DNA of 62,806 nt, filler included, from Octopus bimaculoides (Eukaryota), in assembly GCF_001194135.2 (NCBI RefSeq). It is 5 parts of 5 records of this genome, joined end to end, with 100 filler letters (N's around TTAATTAATTAA, not from the genome) between each part and the next. Parts side by side here need not be neighbours in the genome. Positions count along the whole stretch, not along the records: positions 1 to 17,948 come from NC_069001.1; positions 18,049 to 35,921 come from NC_068981.1; 3 more parts are not named here. One strand, 5' to 3'. Positions within the stretch are counted from its first letter, which is position 1. The number at the start of each line of letters is the position of its first letter. The translations under genes were made by a program, and so were the position numbers. The notes beneath the pieces were generated by a model, which had not been told where the DNA came from, did not search any database, and was given only the letters and a program-made list of their open reading frames with translations. Positions 14,401 through 25,394 of this stretch are shown one piece after another.

Positions 14401-16199
14401 GCATTGGTGTCAATTTGTTTGATTGGAATACAATTAGTAATAGATTGCTTGATGAGAGTTGTGTTGGGCAGCTAATCAAGCACCTAAAGCAAGATGCGAT
14501 ATTGAACACTTAGATTAACATTGACGTAAACTAAAATTTGAAATAGTTTGATCTCCTTTGGGATTGAATACTAGCTATCTATTTGTTTGCTATTCGTTTG
14601 TTTTCTCCCTCATAACATTTGTAATTGTATAAAATAAAATATTTCCGAAAGGAATTAAACAAAACGGGTCATGGATATTGATTGACATGCTTTCATCTTT
14701 TCACTGAGATGTATTAGCAGTATTATAAAATAATCATTGGGTTTTATTCTATTTAGAAATTGCAATAAGCTAATATTCCCTCTATCGTACTCAAATAAAT
14801 ACTACTTGGTTCAGTGAGTTTCAAGAGGATCTCCACTGCAACGGTACTCAGCTTATAAGCTTATATAAGCATACATTCATATATAGATACATACATGCAT
14901 GCATGCATACATAAACTCATATATACATACTTTACATACATACATACATTCATATAATCATATAGAGATAAACGTTTTGCTTCATTCAAAACATAGTAAT
15001 AAAGACTCCTTTTAACTAGAATAAATACAACCGTCTCATGGTAACTTGCGCTATGAAGCTTATTTGATTAAAATTGAAATAAAAATGGCGGAGAGCACGT
15101 AGTATAATGCTAATAGTATCACTAGAGAGTTAATACGATTTCAAAATGCAATTGTTTTTGTTTTTGTGCGTATCTTCCTCTGTAGTTGTTTTCGGTGTCA
15201 ACGTTGTCGTCACCGTCGTTGTTTTCGTTGTAAAAGAACGATATGAGGTCAGTTTTGATGGAACCAGCCAATGGAAACTCGTGTCCCAGCCGTGACAGTA
15301 GTGTTTCGTTTTCGATGGAATGAAACCAAAACTGCAATGAATCATGTCATTATCTCACCACCGTGTTGTCTATTGAAGGAGATGCAGCTGTTATTTCTTG
15401 CACGTCTGCCGACCACGTAGTGCCTTCCGTGTTCTCGCGTTTATATTGACCTCAATCGCTTACTTAACTTTATACGGAAAGATAAATATACTGGTGGTCA
15501 CAGTATCAGATACACATCAGTTAGTCGCTCATACAAGTAGGTTACCTGTCCCAACGATTACCAATTCACTTATTATGCAAATACAATTGAGAAATCATGC
15601 AATTCAGAGAGCTTAATTCGTTTCCCTTCTAAATTCGTTAGCTTGCTTTTGCATATTCCGTGAAGAAAAATACAGGAATATTATGAATGAAAATAAATAT
15701 ACATGCAAAAACTGCAATCTTTTAAAATTATGAACTCTGTAAATATCAGTTTTCTATCTAAATGGGACTCACGGGGCACATGTCTGTCATGGGAGAGTGA
15801 GGCAGCAGTGTAGTATGAGTACATATAGTTTAGCGTGGACAACTTGTTGCAAATGTTGCTTGTAATTAGAATGACACTAGACTCAAGTCTCGTATTGCAC
15901 CAGATGCAAGTGACTTCATTTCCTGTGCGCTATATAATGAGCGACAATGTGAAACAAGGTTCGTTTTCCAGAGTGCACGCGTATAGACACACACACGCAA
16001 TCACAGCGCGTGCATACACCCATAAACACATACACACAAAGAAAACAAAAACTAGTAGCAAGCTTGTAAAAAAGGTATCTATTTTATTCAACATAAAGTT
16101 CTGAATGCATATATATATATCATTTATATGTGTGTGTGTGTGTGTGTGTTACGAACACCATAACATAACCATGGTTTTGCCTCTGCCATGTCTTTTCCT

Positions 16200-16230
<31 letters not shown>

Positions 16231-16756
16231 GTGTGTGTGTGTGTGCGTGTGTGTGTGTGTGTGTGTGCAGAAAGAGAGAAGCGAGTGAGAGTATTTCATT
16301 TAGTCTCTTTAGTATATAATATTAAATATCAAATAATGAAATATCGATGTTTTCGCGTTCACCTTCAACATTTCAAACTCAAAATAAATACTATGCATTT
16401 ACAGGAGATTTTTCGTGTATAACTCTACTACAAATGTATGGCTTTGTGCCAATGTAGTAAATTGACAATTAATGTATACATTCTTTGTTATATAAGCTGC
16501 TTACATATACATATAACAGCATTGACTTCCAGTATAAATGTGTATGATTTTGTCTCCTGTACAGATCAACTGAAGCTGAACATGTTAACGATGTCTTAAC
16601 AATGTTCTAGCGTTCAACCAAATCCACATCAGCTACATAGTTTTCTTTTACATTACAAATATATTGTAACCTTTACACATAAATTGCTTATAAATATACA
16701 CATGCATCAACCACATAAACATTATATATGAACTCATGGACACACTTAGGCACACA

Positions 16757-16805
<49 letters not shown>

Positions 16806-17907
16806 TCATTGTATGTGTGAGAGCGTATTGTTGAGTGTATGCGTGAAACTGATTGTCAAAGAATCACAAAAAAATATTGAGGTAATCCAATATATCCGAG
16901 TCTGATAGTAACAAAAAACAATACACATCGCAACACAAAACATTGTAAAAATTGTGGTTCTTAATCTAAGAAGATTATTTATATTTAACTGAAAGCCCGG
17001 ATAGAAACGAATAAATGCGGCATTGTAATGTGACAAAATAAATTCCAAAAGCCAAGTATTATATTCATTTTGTGGTGTTGTGTTGTGTTGGACGACCATT
17101 ATTCGAAGAAGCATCTAAGCTCTGCATCCATAGGTCTTCTGGCGTACGTTTTCTGGCACTGGCTCATTAGAGAAGAGAAGCAGATGTCACTACAGAAAGG
17201 TAACATAAAAGCAGGCCACATTTTATTACATTTACCTCACCAACCGACTGTCCATTAATTTATCTGCGAAATCTAAATTAGAAATACACATACAAACTTA
17301 CCAAACAAATGCATAGAAAAAAACACACACACACACATACACACACACTCACTTATGCAAGCTACTTTAACTAAAACCCTTCAGAACCATTTTGTCTGGC
17401 ACTCAAATGAATTTAACAATCCAACGACTTAAACCAACTTTCAGTAACGCAGTGTTAATAACAATATATAGCAATAAAGAGTGCTGCGTAAAACTTGAAT
17501 CGCATTCAATGTGCATTCAGTGAAAAGAGTATAAAGTGAAGAACCAAGTTTATAAAAGTTGAGGTTGAATCAATCACCAAAAACATTAACCAAATAAAAC
17601 ATCAACCACTGCGTCGTTCGTGCGTTCCCTAGGACGATCTAATGCAATACAAATTACTTGACCAATAATGTTCTCCTAGAAACTAGAATTTGTTCGTGTT
17701 TAGCATGTTTCTCTCTTTCTGTATATATTTAATTCCTACGCTTCGTTCCGTCCATACCACTCATTGTTCACGTTATCTATTACACTTCACTAGACATTCC
17801 CTTGATACACACACATACTCACATATAAATGCATACACATATACACACACATATATGTAACCACACACAGATATATATAAATATAAATATGTATATATAT
17901 ATATCTA

Positions 17908-17948
<41 letters not shown>

Positions 17949-17992
17949 NNNNNNNNNNNNNNNNNNNNNNNNNNNNNNNNNNNNNNNNNNNN

Positions 17993-18004
17993 TTAATTAA
18001 TTAA
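17993..18004. other. Assembly gap placeholder (N44-TTAATTAATTAA-N44); same at 35966-35977, 43869-43880 and 60699-60710
   Basis: Identical 12-mer with stops in all six frames, centred in N runs, four times; artificial linker rather than genomic sequence. Confidence 0.9.
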
Positions 18005-18074
18005 NNNNNNNNNNNNNNNNNNNNNNNNNNNNNNNNNNNNNNNNNNNNTATATATATATATATATATATATATT

Positions 18075-18500
18075 ACTTTATTTTATTATTCTTTTACTTG
18101 ATTCAGTCATTTGACAGCACCATGCTGGAGCACAACATTGGAGTTCTTTTGCCGGAGAAAACGAGCAAAGAACTAACCTTTTAAGCCTAGTACCTGTTCT
18201 AACGTTATGTTCTCGTGCATCGCTACGTTACGAGCACGTCAACACACCAACACCGCTTGCCGAGAGGTCATACAGGTGACAAGCCAATAAACAAACACGC
18301 ACACATGCATTCACACACATACGCACGGAGAGCGCACTCACACACAGATGCACACACACACAGTCTACCAAATCCACTCACAAGTCTTTGCTTGGCCCGA
18401 GAATATAGTAAAACACTCTTGTCCAAGGCGACACGCAGTCGGCCTGAACTCGGAACTGTGTGGATGGAAAGCAAGCTCCTTACCACAAAGCCACGGTACA
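18075..18500 (-). mobile_element. SINE-like family B
   Basis: Reverse complement of the head (aagcaagctccttaccacaaagcc; acgcagtcggcctgaactcggaac) and the tail (cagtcatttgacagcaccatgctggagcac) of family B. Confidence 0.75.
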
Positions 18501-18595
18501 CACAAAAACGTTAATTATATATGTTATGCTGATCTATTATAGGGGGGGTTAATAAAAAGTACCCCATCGAGCGAGAGTTAAATATCGTTTAATTT

Positions 18596-18979
18596 TGTTG
18601 TTGTTGGCACTCCGTTGCTTACGACGTCGAGGATTCCAGTTGTTCCGATCAACGGAACAGCCTGTTCGTGAAATTAACGTGCAAGTGGCTGAGCACTCCA
18701 CAGACACGTGTACCCTTAACGTAGTTCTCGTGAATATTCAGCGTGACAGTGTAACAAGTCTGACCCTTTGAATTACAGGCACAACAGAAACAGGAAGTAA
18801 GAGTGAGAGAAAGTTGTGGTGAAAGAGTACAGCAGGGTTCGTCACCATCCCCTGCCGGAGCCTCGTGGAGCTTTAGGTGTTTTCGCTCAATAAACACTCA
18901 CAACGCCCGGTCTGGGAATCGAAGCTGCGATTCTATGACCACGAGTCCGCTGCCCTAACCACTGGGCTATTGCGCCTCC
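18596..18979 (-). mobile_element. tRNA-derived SINE family A, copy 2, with 9-bp TSD TCGTTTAAT
   Basis: High identity to copies 1 and 3; TCGTTTAAT at 18585-18593 and 18983-18991. Confidence 0.85.
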
Positions 18980-19489
18980 ACTTCGTTTAATATGCACAGG
19001 ATTTAAATGTGAGCTATTCTAATGCCATTCTTCTGATATTGCGATAGTCGGACGTGCTTGTATTGCATTTTGTATATCATCATGTAATCGTTCAAGTGGA
19101 AACACAATGTGACTCTTGTCTGAGAAATTGCAAAAAGAACGGGAGAAACATAGTATCGACAAAGATATATAAATAAAATAAAACATTTTGAAAGCATGGA
19201 GAGATGGTAGATAAGAGTTGTGTCCCTTTGAATATGAATTTCCATTTGGTGAGGTGAATTAGACGGTGAAATTTTCGTGAGGCTGTATTAAAAACTATAT
19301 CGTTTTGAAAATGTATAGCCCATTGAAGTATCGACTCTACTTCGTTCAGTGGAAATGTGAGTTTAAGTTTATGGGTATGCAATTAATTTGATATGAAAAT
19401 ATGAATTTTTAAAATGTTTATTACGTTTTATTTATGCGCTCTCAATGTAGTTTCTTTACTGTCAACCAAGTTCAGTCTTCATATGCATA

Positions 19490-19870
19490 AGATGACAGGC
19501 TCTAGCTCACAGTAGGGTTGAGAGTCGTCAGCTACACTCACTATTGTTTAGACGGCCTATGGAAGCCTTGCCAGAGGTTTAACCACTGTTGCATGCAGAT
19601 AGTCTTGTGGATCCATAGGTGGAAGCTGGATTTCAGGTGAGAACCCAAAGCTGACAAACAACTCCGAAGAGCATTACATGTCCACCGTTAGACTTACTAC
19701 CCCATTCAAACAACCTATGTATTGCATTCTAGGGGCACAATGAAAACGCGAACTGCGCAGTTCCTCGACTTTAGTTCCAGCAGACAACCAGTGCACGTCT
19801 TGTGGTAGAGCGTTCTGTGCTCGCATCAGCCTAATAGGCAAAGGCCGGACACACAATGCTCCGTTTTCTC
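19490..19870 (+). mobile_element. RTE-type LINE 3' relic
   Basis: Plus strand ends with ADNQCTSCGRAFCARISLIGKGRTH, resembling the C-terminal CxxCGRxFxxRIGLxSHxRTH zinc-finger-like motif of RTE ORF2. Confidence 0.6.
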
Positions 19871-20960
19871 AAGCCACGTGATTTCCTTGCTTATCTATTT
19901 GAGTTATAACACGCAATTACTAAGTATACCTTCCATATAGAATTTGGTTTACGAAAGATTTGCTTATTTTGTTTACAGAAACAAGTTGAGTCCTAGAACT
20001 AAACTTTTATTATGTTCTAGGTGTGTTATAAAATTCTTTGGTACTTATTTACGTTCCTAATTTTGCATGTAGTCAAATAACGTCTGAAATTCTGTATTCC
20101 TCGCTGGTTGTTAGCATGTAAATTATGGCGTCATTTCTTAATATACTTAGAGAAAATAATTTGTAAGATGTTAATTTCCAGATTTTTCACTGATTATTAG
20201 CCCTCTTGAAGTATTGTTATCGTAGCACGTTAAGCAAGTTGAAAACGATTTTTCGTGTATTTCTTCGATTCTAGTCTCAGTTCGTTCCCATCAGAGATGA
20301 CCATATAGTGTGTTGTGCTAATGAGGTAATATCATGAAATTTATATCTGGATTAAATGAGACGATCTTCATATGTCTGTTTCATAGCCATTGAAACGAGG
20401 TCGAACTATAAACAGTCTGTCTTAAGTGAAAAGTCCTCTTCCTTCCAATGTGGAGTAGGAAAACTACTTCACTAAATTTAACTGCATATTTTCAGTGTTT
20501 AGTTCATTTACTCGAGTTCAGCTGGTCATGAAGTCAGTGAGTGGAGGGTTGAGATATCCAGGCCAGAGAAAGAAAATATGAACTCAACAAAGGAAACTTA
20601 TGTATTGATACATTAATACATTTTTTATTGATATTAGATTCCAATATTAGATTACAATAAAATAAATATATGATACAAATTAGAATATATGTCTTATGAT
20701 GTTCATTTTGGAAAAGCAACAGTAAAATATATTTAAACACTTTTGCAATCATTCTATGGATGATAGATATAATTTTAGATATATACATAGAAAAAATTAA
20801 ATAATATATTTTAAAAACCTATTATTTTTCAGTTACAGTGACATATATATGAGTATCTGTGTGCCTGAAATTATATATACACGCAAACAGACACACACGC
20901 CTAGATCCGCTCACATACGTATTTAAAATTGTGTTAAAATATATACAAAAATGAAGTCGT

Positions 20961-21152
20961 TGAGCTGGCAGAAACTTTAGCACGCCGGGTGAAATGTCTT
21001 TACTTTCTAATTTCAAACTTCGCCGAGTTCGACTTTGCCTTACAACCTTTCGTGGTCGATAAATTAAGTACCAGTTGCGTACTGGGGTTGGTCTAATTAA
21101 CTGCCCCCCCTCCCAAAAAATTTGGGGACTTGTGCCTAGTGCAGAAAAGAAT
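20961..21152 (+). mobile_element. SINE-like family D
   Basis: gagctggcagaaactttagcacgccgggtgaaatg...gttcgactttgcctt...aagtaccagttgcgtactgggg; also found at 37600-37790 (minus) and 61175-61452. Confidence 0.8.
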
Positions 21153-21503
21153 ATATACACAAATGCTCATACATGTATATATAATGTTTCAAATTTGTAT
21201 AACGGTTATAATTAAATATATAGGTAAATATTACATAAACGTTATTATTACTGAGAATGTATGAGTGGACTCAGTACTAGTGTTTAAGTAACTATATGAT
21301 ATGGATTCAGAGAATCTTGCGGTTATCACAGTAATCTCCCCTTGCAGACTCGTCTATCAGTTCACGTGATCGTCAACTACAATGTAGTGTCATGTCAAAT
21401 ACCTGTGGAAGGTAGCTTTCTTTATTTAAATCAATTTATAAATATAAAATTGCTTTGTTTAAGGATGGGCAATGATATGAACGAAAACATGTAAGTATAA
21501 ATC

Positions 21504-21591
21504 GGCGTATGGCGTAGTGGTTAAGAGCGCGGGCTACTAACCCCAAGGGCTACTAATCCGAGTTCGATTCACGGCAGCGACCTGATTAATA

Positions 21592-21622
<31 letters not shown>

Positions 21623-21810
21623 TATAATAATAATAATAATAATAATATAATAATAATAATAATAACATCGATAGGAATGAGAACCCAGGTTCGAAATTTC
21701 CCTAAGACACCTGACGAAGGCTGGAGGGTATATCAGCCGAAACGTTGTGTTAACAACAAACAAGATGAGGACGAATATCCGTCAAATGTAAGTAATGTAA
21801 ATAATGTACA
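21504..21810 (+). mobile_element. Chimeric short retroelement: tRNA-derived head + (AAT)n + hammerhead-ribozyme-containing Penelope-like 3' module
   Basis: A box TGGCGTAGTGG 21510-21520, B box GTTCGATTC 21562-21570, (AAT)n at ~21586-21665, hammerhead at 21706-21751, and an (AATGTA)-like tail near 21785-21808. Confidence 0.7.
21706..21751 (+). ncRNA. Minimal type I hammerhead ribozyme (Penelope-associated type)
   Basis: GACAC-CUGACGA-A-GGCUG(gagggtatat)CAGCC-GAAAC-GUU-GUGUU: stem I GACAC/GUGUU, intact CUGANGA and GAAA cores, 5-bp stem II, loopless palindromic stem III (AACGUU), putative cleavage triplet GUU. Confidence 0.75.
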
Positions 21811-22200
21811 TATAACGTATGTATAAACATATTCAATACCGTTTATCGGTTTCAAATACTTTTATAAAAAGAAACTTGATAGGTAAAAAAAAAAAAGGAA
21901 ATATTGATTATGAGTTAAATTTGATAGTAACTATCATAAGAGTTCCCTTCAGTGTTTACAAAATAGAAAAAAAAATTTTTTTCAAGCGATATGTCTCATT
22001 TACGAAACAACATTTACAAAACAAAACTGGTTTTTGCCAATGTATGTATGTACGTATGTATGTATGTATGTATTTTCAAATATATACTTCTATACATGTA
22101 AATATATGCATATATATTGAGACATATATATTTATATTTGTATGTATATATGTATAAGTGTGTTTGTGTGTGTGTGTTTCTGTGTATGTATATAACATGA

Positions 22201-22245
<45 letters not shown>

Positions 22246-22442
22246 AAGAATTAGAGAGAAAGAAAAAAAGAAGTAGTGAGAGAGCACGCATTTAAATATT
22301 TACGCTTGTATGATTTTTGCGTGTGTGCATGTTTCGTATGTGTTTCGTATAACAACCACACAGTGGTTTACTGAAACTTCCATAACATTATGAAAAACTT
22401 TTGTGTTACACACAATTGGATGTTTGATGATTTTGGCCGATA

Positions 22443-22973
22443 TTACGACTCATATTCGTCATCATTTCCTTTGGGTATTACATCGATTTTCCGTGCACAC
22501 ACACAGGCTGTGGCTACATGGATGACACTTGGTTGATAAACGTAGAGTCCATCAATACATTCGACTGTACGTTTCAGGACAGTCATCGGAGTATATACCA
22601 TCACACATTGGTGGTTACTGTCAGAGTCCAGACAGTCTGTACAGCGACACACGACTTCAGTGAGTGATGGAGGAAAATATGTCGAATTGTGGGTAATTTT
22701 CAGGTACCATGGGCAGGTTGAACGTTCGCGGATGATATCAGTAGATACAGAAGATGTTGGGCAAGTTTTATCCCCTTCGGTCAGTTCTTGTTGGTCACTT
22801 CCCGCCGGAGCTATTTCAGCTGGTAGAAAAAAGTTATTGCCGATCGATGCGCTGGATAGTTTCTCGTATTGGACTTTCAAGTCTTTTGGTATATTACATT
22901 GAGTCCGAATTGACGCCGAAGATATGAACAATACGACGTTGGTGAGAAGGAAGATTACAGCCTGGAGGAGGAC
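22443..22973 (-). CDS. IL17: Interleukin-17-like cytokine, exon 2 (signal-peptide core and cystine-knot domain)
   Basis: Reads VLLQAVIFLLTNVVLFISSASIRTQC...STDIIRERSTCPWYLKITHNSTYFPPSLTEVVCRCTDC...HQCVMVYTPMTVLKRTVEC...VATACVCARK...EYES*. RSxCPW, CxC and C-terminal CVC motifs are hallmarks of IL-17. Acceptor ttttatatcacgcag ends at 22974 (phase 0); TAA at 22443-22445. Confidence 0.93.
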   Translation of the reverse strand, partial: VLLQAVIFLLTNVVLFISSASIRTQCNIPKDLKVQYEKLSSASIGNNFFLPAEIAPAGSDQQELTEGDKTCPTSSVSTDIIRERSTCPWYLKITHNSTYFPPSLTEVVCRCTDCLDSDSNHQCVMVYTPMTVLKRTVECIDGLYVYQPSVIHVATACVCARKIDVIPKGNDDEYES

Positions 22974-23089
22974 CTGCGTGATATAAAATGTTTATGTTAA
23001 GATGAGTAATTACAGTTCAATATGACACATATCTAAATGAAGGCACGGAATCGAAAATATTATATTACATCTGTAGTACACATCAACTC

Positions 23090-23520
23090 ACCCCTTCAGT
23101 CTCTCTTAGGCACTGAACCAATCTCAACCTTTAAGTCTATAGTCTTCATACAATCTAACAATGCCTACTATCCACATACTATCTAAACGAACATTCTCTC
23201 TTCCTCTCACCTTCCACCTCTACAACTATGACTCTCTAACAGTCTCATTACTAACCCTAACCTTGAAATTTATTTCTCCTCCGACTACTCTCTCTAAATA
23301 TTTCACAACTGCCCCTAATACTCTAAGTTCTCCACAAAATCATTTTGTCCTGAATTTTCTTCCTGTCAACACCTCAAATCTAAGAGTACATACCTGAAGC
23401 CGTAAGCTGGTATTATCCGACGGTGTAATCAATTTACAATCCTTATTTTGGACCACGCAACCCAAGAAACAGCAGTTGGTCTCGTAAAAGTCTTATTCAA
23501 CTGCCTTAATAGTTTATATC
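23090..23520 (-). mobile_element. Highly decayed CR1-like LINE fragment in the IL-17 intron
   Basis: Strong strand asymmetry (C/T-rich plus strand); fragmentary minus-strand translation with several stops resembles the post-RT region of CR1-type ORF2. Weak. Confidence 0.35.
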
Positions 23521-23719
23521 ATTTTTATTCTGTGGAAGCTGAACCTTTTTTATATGTAAACACATATACCTTATTTGTATGAAATTTATTTACTATCTTT
23601 TGTATGCTGACATGCCTAACTTACTTATCTTTACATCTACAACTCTACCTACTCAAGTTTAAACCTCTTGAGAACTCCGAAGAGTAATCTATATAGAGAA
23701 TATCTGTTTCTCATCTATC

Positions 23720-23754
<35 letters not shown>

Positions 23755-23939
23755 TGGGCTAAAAATACTTTACCAGAAGGAAAAATTTAGTGGATTGTGG
23801 AGAGTAAATTGAGTCGGTCCGTGACTTCAAATCTGGTCATAAGCACCTTTGATATGAAAATATGTTTCGAAGAATGATTGTATAGCTTGTTAAAGCTTTA
23901 TGAACAGAGGTTATGTTGCATTCTAATAGATAATTTTGA

Positions 23940-24165
23940 AGGCACATGTTTCATGGTTAGAGCATCGGGCTCACAATCATGAGGTCGTATGTTCGCTTTC
24001 CGGGCTTTGTGTTGTGTTCTTGATCAAAACCCGTTAATTAACGTTGCTCCAGTCCCCTCAGCTGTAGAAATGAAGTGTGATGTCGCTGATGTCAAGCGGT
24101 GTTGGAATTTGCCTTTCCCTTGCAAACCATCGATGGTGTGGAGAAGGGAGGCTGGTATGAATTAG
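23940..24165 (+). mobile_element. tRNA-derived SINE relic in the IL-17 intron
   Basis: catggttagagcatcgggctcacaatcatgaggtcgtatgttcgctttccggg is tRNA-like (D arm, anticodon arm, T arm) and is followed by a SINE-type body. Confidence 0.55.
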
Positions 24166-24661
24166 ACGAATTTGTCTTGGTGAGGAAAAATATTGGAGGA
24201 CTCTTATGTACATTCAGGACGAAAGGGGTTCTTTACGTTAACCAATAGATAACTAAATTGATAGGTAAATGATTACACAGATTATGGGCTTCATATCCTT
24301 CTGGTTTAAGGTTCTTTAAAGCATTTTCACAAATTCTACTTTAACACCTCCCAAATTTGCACTCTTTAGATAATTTAGAATTAGGAACAAAGAATTACAT
24401 GTTTATAATAAATGTATAAAAATATACAAGGCTACTTATGAATGTATATATATGTATGAAAGCAAAGAACTATATCAATATACCATAGACATAGAAATAC
24501 GTATCACATGTCTAATACCAATCTGAGTAAGGTACACAAGCATAATCAGTCACTCATTGGAACAAAGGTAGATCTTTCCCTGAATGAAACGAGAGTAAGC
24601 ATAGAAATAAGACTGAAGATATAAATATAACAGTTGATAGTAACAATGTATGTTTACTTAC

Positions 24662-24676
24662 GTTGGTGGTATTCAT
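24662..24676 (-). CDS. IL17: Interleukin-17-like cytokine, predicted exon 1 coding part (MNTTN)
   Basis: ATG AAT ACC ACC AAC followed by the consensus donor GTAAGT (24661-24656). Phase 0 matches the exon 2 acceptor, giving a 1688-bp intron and a 181-aa protein with a hydrophobic N-terminus. Confidence 0.7.
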
Positions 24677-25394
24677 TATAATGGATGGTCACTTGGAATG
24701 GAAAGGATGACAATAGTAGTATATATGTATATATTTTTAAACAAATCTTTAGCGTGTTAGTTTTTCAAAATGATATTCACTTGTGATGGTATCAGCTACT
24801 CTGAGATTGCTTATATATAATATCTGACGCAGTGGAATTACCGTATGTCATAAAGCTTAATCAAAACTAAAGATTTATAAATATAAACAGGATGAACTAT
24901 CAAAATTATGGGAAAATTATCTTCCACGAATGTGCAGGATCTGATATCAAGTCAAATTAATCATGACTTGCATAATGTGGAGAACGTCTGAAGTAACCAG
25001 GGCATGGCTTATTATACAGTAGTCCCGTGGTATTCCTCCGGGTTACGTTCATAGAGCACCCGAGAATAGTGAATAACTGCGAATACTGAACGTGGTCTAT
25101 AAAATTGCCTATAAATGTGAAAATATCACGTAATATATANNNNNNNNNNNNNNNNNNNNNNNNNNNNNNNNNNNNNNNNNNNNNNNNNNNNNNNNNNNNN
25201 NNNNNNNNNNNNNNNNNNNNNNNNNNNNNNNNNNNNNNNNNNNNNNNNNNNNNNNNNNNNNNNNNNNNNNNNNNNNNNNNNAATTTAATAAAAAATAAAG
25301 TAAAATGGAGTTATTCACCAATAATGAATGATATTGATTTAAGACAATGATGATGAAAATAATGAAGTTAATGATTGCACAGCAAAGAAGATTC

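Noticed and set aside
17100-17135. Plus-strand peptide LSSASIG, identical to a 7-aa stretch of the IL-17 protein
   Set aside because: Codons differ, and no IL-17 cysteine pattern (CPW, CxC, CVC) follows in any frame; most likely chance.
17993-18004. TTAATTAATTAA repeated four times inside N runs
   Set aside because: Assembly linker with six-frame stops, not a biological repeat or target site.
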